From: Oopsacas minuta
Taxonomy: Eukaryota; Animalia; Porifera
Length of the DNA: 64,000 nt
Assembly: GCA_024704765.1 (NCBI GenBank)
Contig: JAKMXF010000308.1
Coordinates: forward strand, 1 to 64,000
Direction: 5' to 3'
The notes beneath the pieces were generated by a model that worked only from the letters and a program-made list of their open reading frames with translations, was not told the DNA's origin and made no database searches. This document shows, in pieces, positions 24,446 through 37,000 of this stretch. Each line of letters opens with the position of its first letter. The stretch's first letter is position 1. The translations under genes and the position numbers were made by a program.

Positions 24446-26616
24446 GTCTACTGTAGTATTCTATGCTAGAGGCAAAATCCGATTATTTTATTGAAAGATA
24501 AGATCAACTGCGTTCACTACATAATTATTAGGGTCAGGGTAGGGTCTAGGATCTGTACAATTTTCGCGTGCACTGGGGGCATAATCTTATTCTATTATAA
24601 TTATAAATTGTTATGGTCCGAGTAACTGGGAGACCTGGAGCAATTTCCCTGTTCGCCTTCCCACCACTGATAGGGTAAGAGGTAGCTTTCTAAGTCATTT
24701 ATAACTGTATTTAGAAAATGACATATATGGTGAACTTTGTTGATAATACTGGATAATATCTTACAATAACTTTCAATTCATGCTTTGACCCACCCAATAA
24801 TGTACCTATGGTGCCAATTCCGCAGGTTCTATAATGAATGAATACATTTTAGATCTCAGATAATTATCAAAAAGCCTTATTTTAAATTCCTATTAATAAT
24901 TAATAGGATGTACTGTATGTTCATGGAAAATCAATAAAAACATGGGAACACCAAATGTGTGGTAACTGATAACTGACTAAGAATACTTCACTGACATACA
25001 CAAGACTCAGTAAAGTTAGATAGATGATAGCTTAGATCTGCATATGAGAATTCCTCAGAATTCAGAACATATTTTGGACTTCTATTGGTAATAATTATGT
25101 GGAATTCTGAGAATCATATACAGTGTAATCCATAAATAGGGGACCTCTAAAAAGCGGAGAAATTTAGGTCCATTTTCATTCATTTCCATAAAAATGAACC
25201 TCTATAACAGGGAGTGGGGAACTGGGCATACTTTAGAGATAATTATGCCTCACATCATTGAAATTTACATCTATAAGTGCGGAATTCTACGATAAATGTT
25301 CTGAATAATCAATCTTGTGCTAAATTTGGAAAGAAACACATATTTACTGTTATGTTGAATTGAAATCTTTGGGTTTGTCAGAAGAAAAATTCTTGCAATT
25401 TTTTCGATTCAATCAACAGCCTTAGAGCATATTATAATAATCAAATATTATTTTAAAAGACAAGCGTTTGAGGAAGTGGTAACACAAATTGACTCAAAAA
25501 TCTAAAAGGACATTTGCATTTGAAATTATAAATAGGGGATGGGGGGGGTTACCAGGAAGTTCGCCCTCCCAACCTCCCCCACCTATAGAAGTTCTACTGT
25601 AATAGTAAATTATACAATAATACAATTATTATTTGTTTCAAAGTTAATTGCTAGATTAGTATGCACTATAAGTACAATAGATTAATAGTCCATAGTACGT
25701 TTGCCTTGATCTCATACTCTCCCCGTGGACTATTCATAGAATAGACAACATAATACACCAGTTGGAAATGTTATCCTAAATAAGCTATATTCTGCTTCTC
25801 CACGGCTTATAATTATATAATTATTTCAAAAATTAGTATTAAGATAGGATGGATATACGCAGATATCTCACTCTAAGTCTAAATGTTTGAATTAACTATC
25901 ACTTTATGAATAAGTAAGATACAAATGAGATTATCGCTTCCAAATTCCACTAATGGATAAGCTCTAGAAGTAAATTTATGCAATTTGATTAGGTTTCGTT
26001 CGTTGTTTGATAAAAATTACTTAAATAGGAATAAGAATTTGATGTCCAGTACTTGGAAGGAATCTCGCTCAAATGGTTAGATTATAAATTCAAATTGCTA
26101 ATAGTGATAGACTATAGAATAGAGATTAATTAAGGGAAACACGAGAATAGCAGAGTATTGAAATTGGTCCGAGATGATTTTGTCAGAAAATTGTTATGTA
26201 ACTTGTCTGGATTAATTCAGTGAGACAATCATAAAAAGAAATTTTAAGATTAATTCTGTTTCGACGAATCTTTGTAAGTGTGTGATTCAATTTGACCATT
26301 ATGTTTGTATATTTTGTTTTGTTTCGGTTAGGTAACAATTCAATATAATTCAAAAAGTGAATTTCCTTAAAGATCATATCTGGCAACTACTAAGAAATCC
26401 TGACAAATGAATCACACAACCAACTAACATATTAGAATTCGTGCAAGCATCAAATAAATAATTATACTTATCTTCAACCTCTGTTTAGCGGACATACTAA
26501 ACAAATCAGTAATCCAAGGTACCACCCGTGCCAGTAAGATAATTACATTTTAATAAAGTGACGTGTGTTATAATTACAATAAAGGCAATGCTAGCAAACA
26601 TTACTCATATTCTAGG

Positions 26617-27534
26617 TTAAAAAGAATCGTTTCCAGGTATACTTTGGTAATTAAGCTGCTCGCGAATAACCCATCTCAGTTGATTGCGGTTTTTCTCACC
26701 AGGAGCCTTTCTCTGTTGCCAGCCGCGGCTAAATTCGTGATATCTGCTTACAGGGTCGTGCTTATGAATCCGATAAGACGATAGTGCAGAGTCATTAGGT
26801 CTAATGAATGATTTCCCACGGTCTTTCATGCTCTTATCTATCAGAGAACCATCATCTGGTTCTGACTGCTCCGCTAAGGAGTGACCACTGATGTGAGAAA
26901 TGTTAGGTGCAGTTGTAGGACGTAACTTATCAGAAGGAATATAATCAGTGTCTTTTTCTTGATTCTTCTGATTAGCAATCTTTCTTTTGTAAGCTTTATT
27001 CGTTGTGACAGGAATACTGCTGGGAGAGACAACCCCTCTTGATTTAGACTGTAGTTTTAGCTGTGCTTTTGTTATGAGAGATGTGTCAAGAATAGAAATA
27101 TCAGTGAGACTAGCTACTGAGATATCTTGTACGGTTCCTGATGTGTTATCCGCTTCGGATAGAATCTCCTTATACAGAGCTGAGTGAGAAGATTGTGGTC
27201 TACTGGGGTCTCTAATTGGAGATAGTCTGAGCTCAGCTACATGTGCGGGCTGTTTCAGAAATGTAGGTGTATCAGACTCTGTTGAATTCAAACTAAACTG
27301 GTTATGTGTATCATCGCTAGCACATGAATGCTCAGATAGACTAGACATTAGTAGAGACATGTCTTCTGAAGGTTTTTCAACGATAAGCTTAGCGAATTCT
27401 AATGTGTACTTATCTAGCTCTGTCTCAGTTAAGTTTCTATATCCCATCTCTTGTATTTGATGCTGAACATACTCCTTCAAGCCTTCTGGTATGTTGAGGT
27501 CTGAATCGTGAAGAGGAAATGCCATTTTATTCAA
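26617..27534 (-). CDS. HYLS1: Hydrolethalus syndrome protein 1-like
   Basis: C-terminal HYLS1 box KHDPVSRYHEFSRGWQQRKAPGEKNRNQLRWVIREQL after a low-complexity region. The start codon is uncertain (MAF at 27525 is plausible). Confidence 0.8.
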   Translation of the reverse strand: MNKMAFPLHDSDLNIPEGLKEYVQHQIQEMGYRNLTETELDKYTLEFAKLIVEKPSEDMSLLMSSLSEHSCASDDTHNQFSLNSTESDTPTFLKQPAHVAELRLSPIRDPSRPQSSHSALYKEILSEADNTSGTVQDISVASLTDISILDTSLITKAQLKLQSKSRGVVSPSSIPVTTNKAYKRKIANQKNQEKDTDYIPSDKLRPTTAPNISHISGHSLAEQSEPDDGSLIDKSMKDRGKSFIRPNDSALSSYRIHKHDPVSRYHEFSRGWQQRKAPGEKNRNQLRWVIREQLNYQSIPGNDSF

Positions 27535-27843
27535 TAACTATTATTTGGTAAATTAATCAAAATGCTATCTATTAATATATACGCAATATTATTTGTACCT
27601 TTCTTATCGATGAATTGAAATGCTAGATTTCTTGTTTTGTCTAAACAGACATTAAATTATCAATAAGGATATAATTACCAAATTTAAAGTTAGCATTTAC
27701 TAACACTATATAGGATAGGATAGTAGTCTCGATAAACAAGCAACTTATCAACAATAGAAAGGAGCAGTTTATCAAGAAAATTATATAAGATCAGAAAATT
27801 AAATCAGTTGATCAGTTTGATAATATAATGTCAAGATGAATGG

Positions 27844-28147
27844 CGGAAAGATAGTCGCGGGGGAAATTTCGTCGCGAGGAAATATATTCATTTACATTTG
27901 TTGTTTTGAATACTCTAAATACTGTCAGCAACTCACTGCCTGCTCCAGATCCAACGATAATCCAATCAAACACCACACCAGTTATCCAAATAGTCTACTG
28001 AAATGCTCATCTTCTCAGCTCAAGTCAATCTATAGATAATCCATGAATATGCCAATTCTAGCACCTTCCAACGTGAGTTCTAAATACTCTCATAAATTCC
28101 GCGACCAATTTTCCATGCGACGAAATCTCCCCGCGACCATCTATCCG
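27844..28147. mobile_element. About 300-bp MITE with about 40-bp GC-rich terminal inverted repeats
   Basis: 'cggaaagatagtcgcgggggaaatttcgtcgcgaggaaat' versus the reverse complement of 'ttttccatgcgacgaaatctccccgcgaccatctatccg'. Confidence 0.65.
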
Positions 28148-29381
28148 TTAACGTGTCAGATATATGATCTTACGCAGAAGCATATACGATTTCATCCGTA
28201 CGGTTACTAGAGACGTATCTAAGTGATAATTTGATGCTACTTCCATTAGCAAAATTTGGCGCCGAAAGTAGTGACTACATTCGTGACAAGTTCACATAAT
28301 TGTAAGAAAATCCATAAGATTACTTTGAAATTGAATATTTCGCATATAATGCAACAAATTAGCAAATAGCTATTAATAGTATTTTAGTGGAAAGTTGATG
28401 TATTAAACTATTCGCTAGTTTTGAGATTGCAATGATACAAATGTTGTTAATTATTATTCGTGTATTAAACAGATTATCTGAAGAATAATAAGTAACACTG
28501 AATATGTTAGCGATAATTATTCATTTGATGAACAATACATTAATGATGTCTCTGTGATTAAAGTATATCTTAATTTACATTCGGCCAAGACAATTACAGT
28601 GTGCCAAATTGTTGAATAATTGGCCAATAAATGCGGCAATCGAATAACTAGAAGGACAAGTACATTACGTATAGTACAAATTGTTAGCATTGATAAATTG
28701 TCTGGAGTATGATAATATAATTAATCTCTAACTGATACGTAGCTGTCATAATGAAATAGCATATTATAAAAAGTAAGCATAGCTTAGAACAACTCCTCAT
28801 GGCATATTCATTGGCACAAGTCAAAAATTAAAATTTCTAACTGTCTGGATTTTTACGGCATATCTCCAGTATCTTGCCCGTCAATATTCCCCAATATCGA
28901 AATTGTCACATTCCCAGATGTGAGAATATACTAATATGCTGTCCTGGCTAGAAACCTCCTGTCCTGCAATATAAACCTTAAATACCCATTTTTTTTCAAT
29001 CGGGTGGTATGTATGGAAAGCACAAATGACAAAATTGTGTGCAAAGGACATAAGGTAAAGAAATAGGATGGAAAGGATACTTGTATCATACTTATTTGCT
29101 ATTGTCACTGATTAGAATAGATTCAACGATAATACAAGCCATAGTCAATTCTGTAACTAAGAATTGCTGCTATAATGAATCCTAGTATAAATAATAATAG
29201 AATTTTACTTATCTAAATTCAATAACTTTTCCAACAAATCAGAATCAAAAAGATGGCCTGTGAAATATTATCCCCAAACTGTATTCAAGCTCAATGTATC
29301 CAGGACAACATCCCCCAGAATGAGGTATGTTCCCAATAAATATACGAATATTAATATATTTAATTAAGTGATATAATAAAC

Positions 29382-30071
29382 CTATTCTTTATAAATTTTA
29401 ATAGTTTTTTCCCGAAATTTATTCACCCACTCCATCAATTCTTTATATCCTTCTGGTCTGTAATTTTCTAAATAATTGTTAACAGCTAGAGGATAATTCT
29501 TAATCTCTTCTGGTTCATTTAAAATTATCTTATTCGATTCTTGAATACCAGCAAAAACAGCAAGAAATTTCTTCTTTCCCAGTCTATTTCTATTCTTTTT
29601 CCTATCCCATATAACTCTGTGTACTCCTACTAGATAACATCTATCAGCCAGTACTCTACCGATATTTGTAGCAGCATTAATATCATAAGTACGATAAAGG
29701 TGTTTAGAAATTTCAAACTCTTTTGTGGTTGCTTCAGCTAATCGTATGCCTGAATTGTTTAGTACATATGCTGTCACGTGTCGGTGTGTGCACTCTATTA
29801 TGAGTTGATTGTAAAAACGAGTTAGGACATGCTTCGTAGCAAATCCCTTTGGTTTCAGGCCTATGCCTAGTAGTTGTATAGAACTAATGTTCTTACAATC
29901 AAAAGTAGTAGAAAACGGGAGAGTAGTGATATTAGGATTAGGTTTCTCTTTTTCTGTAAGGTCGATTCCTTTTTTTGTGACATAACGGTAGGGGAATTGG
30001 TCCTCGTAGAAGGAGAAGTTACGAGCTAACCCAATTTTAAATTTCCAAGTTGGATAAACTTGTTTTAGCAT
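29382..30071 (-). CDS. MRPL18: Mitochondrial ribosomal protein uL18m
   Basis: HRHVTAYV...EATTKEFEISKHLYRTYDINAATNIGRVLADRC matches MRPL18. Intronless. Confidence 0.9.
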   Translation of the reverse strand: MLKQVYPTWKFKIGLARNFSFYEDQFPYRYVTKKGIDLTEKEKPNPNITTLPFSTTFDCKNISSIQLLGIGLKPKGFATKHVLTRFYNQLIIECTHRHVTAYVLNNSGIRLAEATTKEFEISKHLYRTYDINAATNIGRVLADRCYLVGVHRVIWDRKKNRNRLGKKKFLAVFAGIQESNKIILNEPEEIKNYPLAVNNYLENYRPEGYKELMEWVNKFREKTIKIYKE

Positions 30072-31997
30072 CTAATAGAAATAATATCACACACAATATT
30101 AATTAATAACTATAATTATTAAACTGTATGCTAACCAATTATCTGATCACTATAATGGCTAATGTATTAGTGTTCCCGTAGGATCAAATTTGCAAAAATG
30201 CTCCATTTAAATGGTATATAACTATTCGCTTGTTATTAGAGTAATGTATAATGTACTTCTCTATATCTTCTCTCAATTCCAGATCCATTTGGGGAGTTTC
30301 GCTCTCCCAACAGATTAAGGCTGAGATACGATTTTCTAGTACAATATGTCGTCCTGTACTTAAGTATGGTAGAACAATCCAATAGACATTTAGTGTGTAA
30401 TGTTTTCATTGATAAATTGATTCTACTACAAATGCATTGGCCGTAATAATTATCTATACATGAATGTCGCTACAAAACGTCATACAACTAGAAACTACCT
30501 GACTAATATTATATAAGAACAGAAAAAATTATAATAAACAAATGGACTGATTACAATAAAAATCTTGGTAGTGCAAATTCAGAGGCGTTATAAATAATGA
30601 TTAGAAGACATATAGTGGTGCATTGACAAATAGTCTGTCTCTGTCTTGGAAAATATATAAAGATAACAATTAGATAATATTAAATACATAGTAACAAATG
30701 CAACACGTAATTTTGATAAGAATAACGTCATAATGATAGTGAACTGATAATATAACTAAACACTCCTACAACAACCATTCTATGTAATCAATTCCTAAAT
30801 TTTAAATAAGATTGATAGGTTAGTTACAAATATTAAATCACTTACTAGTTAGTACTGCCTCAAACATATATATCAAAACTTCAATTAATTGCTCCGACAG
30901 CTCTAGTAGTTACATAATTGCAATAATATACTTACAGAATTGTGGGAGTTATTAGCATTAGGATAATATTTTAATTGTACACTACGCAATACCTGCGGCG
31001 GGTAGATAAATAATAGTAAGAGGAATATTGCAAAGTATACAAACGTAAAAGTATACTACCTTTGAGAATAGTTGAATAACTAGTTGTATAATGGAAATAA
31101 TATAACTCTAAATATACGTAGATAACGTATATTTATCTCGTGACACATACGATAGATAAAGATTGCTTCTTTGAAACAATAATCAATTTTATTTCCCTTT
31201 GTATCCATTACTGGAAACCATTTTGATAAAAATAATATGAGTAATATTAGAGATGCAAATGTTAGTGCTCTCCTAACTAAAGCTCTACAACAAAGAGAAC
31301 ACTCAAGCAGTAGAAAATATTCACAGACATGTTGCTCTGTGTTTAGTAGACTCATTGGTGAAACAGTAAAAATTGATTGCATTGAATCAGTACAGAACTA
31401 AGGCTGTAATTATCTAAACTAATGTATAGGCAATGGAGTGTTACACAATAACAAGAATCTTAAATAAATTGAATTTTAATACCAACAAAGAAAAGTGTCT
31501 AATTACACAAAACGTGACTCAGTTAATAATTATACATTAGTAATTTCTAAAAACATAAATTCCTGCACCGAGATAAGTTTTCCATGTTCAAAGAGTTCAC
31601 TTAATCGATTACCATCATAGAATATATGAATACATTTACTAAAACTATTACACAGTAATAGGAAATAATTAGTATGTTTTCATAAAAAATTTTAACACTG
31701 ACAATCGAAGTCTATTCTTGAGAAAAGAATGTTTCTTACTATTTTAATTATTTTTAAGCTTCAATGCTTGGTTCAAACACATGCGTATGATTAGGTGTTG
31801 GGTGTTTATTTATGGAATATTACTAAAATGATTATCACAGTCGCATTATACATACCGAATCAGTAATAATATGCTTTGGTTTCATATACAAACTGTAAGA
31901 TATCCCTGTCTAAGATAATGTCAGTATTCAGTATAAAACTACTTACTAGCTTTTCTACATAATATTTTAACAAGTATTTTTTCTACAGGTATACCAT

Positions 31998-32615
31998 ATG
32001 GACGATTCAAGCGAAGAAATAACAAATGAGCTAGAAAACATACAGCTATACTACGAGAACGAACTGCTACGAAGTCTATTGAAACAGCAACAGGAGGAAG
32101 TAATGAACAAACAAAATCAAATAGACCAACTTCAAGACAAAATATCTGTTCTATTGAATGCGTTTGTAATCAAGGCTCGAGGAGACCAGCAGTTAAGAAA
32201 ATGTACAGAAAGATGCCGAGAAGAAAAGAAATACCTTGAGAGAGATGTTATGGTAAAGACTAATGCTTATCAAGAAGTAGAGTTAAAGTATAGGGAAATG
32301 AACCGTTATGTTCAAGAAATAGAAGATCAGAACAAAAAGCTATTAACAGAAATATCAATCCTAACTGAGAAGGAAACGATACGTCAAATTACAAGCTCGC
32401 AAGAACATTTGGGAGAAACTAGAAGTTGCTCATCTACACCAAACCTACAAGAATTACCCAGAATTAAATACGCACAGGATAAAGATGATAAATTTGAAGA
32501 CAAAGTGAAACAACGATCAAGAAAACTAAGATTACCTATGAAAAAAGCAAAAAGTTTTAATTTTGAAAAAGCAGTCAAAGCAAATTCGAAAAAAGATAAA
32601 TTAGGAGTATTCTAA
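31998..32615 (+). CDS. Uncharacterised coiled-coil protein (205 aa)
   Basis: E/Q/K-rich heptad ORF preceded by a strong acceptor-like tttttctacag. No family recognised. Confidence 0.7.
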   Translation: MDDSSEEITNELENIQLYYENELLRSLLKQQQEEVMNKQNQIDQLQDKISVLLNAFVIKARGDQQLRKCTERCREEKKYLERDVMVKTNAYQEVELKYREMNRYVQEIEDQNKKLLTEISILTEKETIRQITSSQEHLGETRSCSSTPNLQELPRIKYAQDKDDKFEDKVKQRSRKLRLPMKKAKSFNFEKAVKANSKKDKLGVF

Positions 32616-34041
32616 GGACACATTTTGTATCTTTAAACAATATAAATTCAAATTTTGAGGAGAAATGAGTTAATAAATGTATATTAATGATTAATATTAT
32701 TGAATGAGTACAATTAATAAAAGAGTATATATATTTAATAAATCTGAGAATCATATGAAATAATTGGAAACCGAATTCCCCGTATTGTTAATTTTATATG
32801 TAAATAATATGAATTTTCACTATTTTTGTCAGAAAATTGCGAGAAATATCCTATATTTCTCTAGATTTAGTAATCTTTCACCTGAATATCGTATAAATCC
32901 CGGGGAAGTTGGAAAGTATGCGAATGGGTATTTAATAAAAGGTTAATACACCTTGGCCAAATGTATTCGAACACGCTAACACATTTGTCGCAAGTGTTAC
33001 ATGACCAAAGAATGTGGGTTGAGGATTTAATTGATATTATTAAAATGTTTGATGTCATTCTCAGTTTATGAAACGATAGGATAACAAAACTTTCCTAATG
33101 GGCAAGATGTTTAAGCAAATCGAGGGCTAATAGTGTGGGGCCTACCAATAAAAGTATACATAAAGTATATTGAAATCTGAATATACAATAAAATGTTCGA
33201 TTCTGGATGTTTAAATTTAATACCACCTATACCGATGATATGAATATACAATATAGATAACATTTCCTGATGGCGTACAATTACATGATGGCAATGATTC
33301 AACAATTGAATATTCTGGCGTACAAAAATTGGTGATAAGCTAAAAGTATGAATAAATTGGTTGAATACCAAATTGAATATGATAATGCAAAGTATACTAA
33401 AAGTATACCACGTGTAAGGTACAGATAATTATGCATTTTCACTTACAAATTTGTAGCTAAATTAATTCATTTTCAATTACATATGATCATGAGGTATGCA
33501 TTCCTAAAGTAACCTGTTATAGCATATTTCTTCTGGTTGCAAAGTTGCTCCAGCCGGAAATAGTGTCCTTCTAATAAATTCGAAAATGGCAAATTTGGTC
33601 AAGGTGCTATAAACAATCCCTCCAAAACACCAGGATTATGGTTACAGATATGTTGGAGGGCACCTAGCAATCTAGGTTTGTTGCCATTACAATTATCTCT
33701 ACTAAATTATCCAGTAGAAAATTTCTCAATTTATAGAAATATGAGAAATTAGTTTAGCAACCATTCCGCAGTCAGAATTAATAAGTCACAAGAGTACAAA
33801 ATAAATACGGAAGTATGGGGTAACTCATAATCATTATTAAGCTAGTAAATAAAATATAAAATGTTAGAGAAAAGATATACTATTATTACAGGGAGATGAG
33901 TAGCACACTCTATAAAGCAAAAAAATGAACGAATCGTTCATGTACCAATTTTTGCATAAACACACATTACAATTCAAATGTACAACAGAACGACTCCTAG
34001 GATTTTGCATAAAACCACATCAGCCAGACTACTGAAGCATA

Positions 34042-37000
34042 TCATAAAGGGACTAGTACTTGGACATAAGCCACGGGAAACATGCCTGATTTCCCATTCA
34101 CTGTACCTTCATACCAATTATCATCAAGTTGATTGTTGAGCATAATCGTGTCTCCTTCTTTGAACGAGAGTTCTTGTTCAGTTTCAGAATCAAAATCGTA
34201 AAGAGCTTTGCAACAGGGAGAAGATGAGGATGTGGGAGGAGTGTCTACTTTATAGTCATTGCCCACTGAAGCTATATACCCTTGGTCGTCATCATCTGAA
34301 TCAACTCGTATAGATGCTACTGACTGTAGGAGAGATGTCCGAGGTACTCTGTATAAAACAAACATGACAATTATCAACAGGTGTATTACGTAAATACGAA
34401 TATATTGTTAGTATACTGAAGTGTTCAAAAATTCCATACTGTCCTGAGCCAACAAATAATACATTAAGAATTAATGTACGTATACAGAGCTGAGCTCTAC
34501 TGGAGCACAGCTCTGTATATATATTTATTCAAATAAAAAATATCTACATGTACGTAATAATTATATGTTACTTCCTTCTGAATTATCCTAATAAATATTC
34601 TACACATTTTTATTGTGTCCCACAAATATCAATATCCGCTTTATATGAAATGACTTAGGACAATTTCCAATTCTAAAAAGCATATTTTAAATACAATAAA
34701 ACGCATAAAGGATCTGGTATTATAATGTGAGAAACCTTTATTCTATTCTACCGATATACCTTTGTATTCTATTAGCTAATTGACAGAATAATCTATAGGA
34801 TTTTAACAGCGGTGGCCGGTGGCTTGCTGGGGAATGCTGATTGGAATCTCCCTGATAATCTATGTCCCAGATCCAGATAATATATCAAATATTTGCAGTA
34901 ATTGCTAGTGCAGCTCCTATAGGGCATATTTCTGACCATGAGCTGCTCTTCCAGCTGTCGATTGGACATTTTTTGTATTACAATGAATCTTGTAACATTA
35001 AAATTCTTAATATTACTAATTTAAATCCAAAATAATGTTACACGATTCATTGTATATGTATATTGAAACTTATGTAACTATACCACTGATTATTATCACA
35101 AGACATATGCACTTCCTAGGTCACGTAGAATAACAAAAACTGTCCACACACAATGCGGTAACATACTCCTCCATACAACATGCACACCTGACACACGAGT
35201 GAGATAATATATTTCAACGTCTTTGAAGAGAACATAATTGGTAATATTATGAACATTTAGCATGTAATGCTTAAGTAGTATTCAGCTTGTTTTGTGGTTA
35301 GTAATCCTCATTATATTACCATAAAAATGTTTCATAAATTCAACAAATCAACAGTAAAATTATAAGATGTAAATAAATCACAACTAGTCTGAAGAAAATA
35401 TTTACAGCCATGAATGTATACCAATAATGATAAAGGAGAGAGCAATAAGATAAACAACAGAATCAAGGATCATATTTTAGGATGTATAGCCCAATAGTCT
35501 CAGATAAATTAGCCAGAGGACTGTAATTATGAGTGTGTCTGGTCAGTTACACACATTCTAACCAATATTATGAATAGTTAGCAAAAGTCTAACTGAATAT
35601 TTTGAATTAATTACATTCTGGTTAGGTGTATTTCGGTAGGGTCAAAAATCTGGATTTAGGTTCAAAAGAATTGGAACAGGTTAGTTAACCTTAATATCCA
35701 ACCATGAATCTTATAATTCTAATTTTATATTAAAATAATTAAATGTACTTGTTGGCAAATAGGATTCCCAAAGTACGTCACATCTCCCTCTCGGCAATTT
35801 ATTATTGTCAGTAAATTTGATCACACAATTAGCCACTCCACTTAATCGCGACACTTTCCAGGTAACATTCTGACTAGCCCCCGCTAGAAATAATTATAAT
35901 TTTCAGCTAATTGGACAACCCGCGTGGAAATCGTCCCGCCATTGTGTAAATAACTTCAACATATTTTCTCAAAATTTGAAGATAATTTATATCACTAATC
36001 AAATAGTTTTCTTTTCTCTACATTCCTGAAAATTCATTAAAATTAAACCGATTTGGAGATAAGAGTAAGAGAGTTATGACTAAATATCAACTTATAATCC
36101 TTTATCCAAATACGGCCGGAAAAATGTGTGATTTTATGACGTCAAAAATGTGCTTTAAATCTCGATTTGGGTGCTGGAATTAGTTAAAACGAAGTGGTAA
36201 AATTTAGTGTACCTCTTCCTAACGAATGTAACACTTCGGCCGTAATCGGTTAATTTTAAAGGGTCGGTATAGGCAAATATTCGAATTTATTTTGATTTTG
36301 AAAAAGTACAAATATATTTGGAGAAATATTTCCAAAATAGATAGCTTTGAGGGATAGCTATTAGTCAGAACATAGCCTATGCCTTTATCTCTGAATAACA
36401 AACAATATGTCAGAAAAATGTAAAATATTAATAAGGTGACAAAATGCCTCTACTCAATTATAGTAAGTCTGTAGTGGAGTTCTGTCAAATTCAGCCTACG
36501 TGCTAATAACAGTGTTAATTAACAATTATAATTCATTACATAATTCAAACCAATAAAATATTGCTCACTTAAAGTAGCTCAGTGTTACGTGCATGTTTGA
36601 CATGCAAAGAAAGGTTATTCAACACTAAACTCTACTTACGGTATCTAAAACGATAACAAGCTATAATGTGCTCCATCTTACAGCTGCAATCGAATCAGAA
36701 AATATGTTTCACACCAATTATCATTCCTACATATGTAAATCAAAACTTGTTGAGAATAGACCTAAAAATTGTGAATACTGACATGAAAGAATTTAATTAT
36801 TAGATGCAGTTTTAAACTAATAATTAACCAAATTATACTAAATAGGTGGAATGATGGATATGCATAAATTATCTAAAGTAATTAATTAAATTCGAGAATA
36901 AACAGGTGATTATTGAAAGTAGAATTGTTTTGCTGGTATCTAACACTTGCGTTAAATCATACACGTATATATATTGCCAATAAATTCCAGAAAAGTTACT

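Noticed and set aside
31080-31410. Short ORFs on both strands upstream of the coiled-coil gene
   Set aside because: About 100 aa or less, no motif, and no phase-compatible splice partner found.
32860-33700. Stop-riddled coding-like frames (for example FENGKFGQGAINNPSKTPGLW) with possible splice sites
   Set aside because: May be a decayed gene, but I cannot assign a family or a consistent frame. TBLASTX would be needed.
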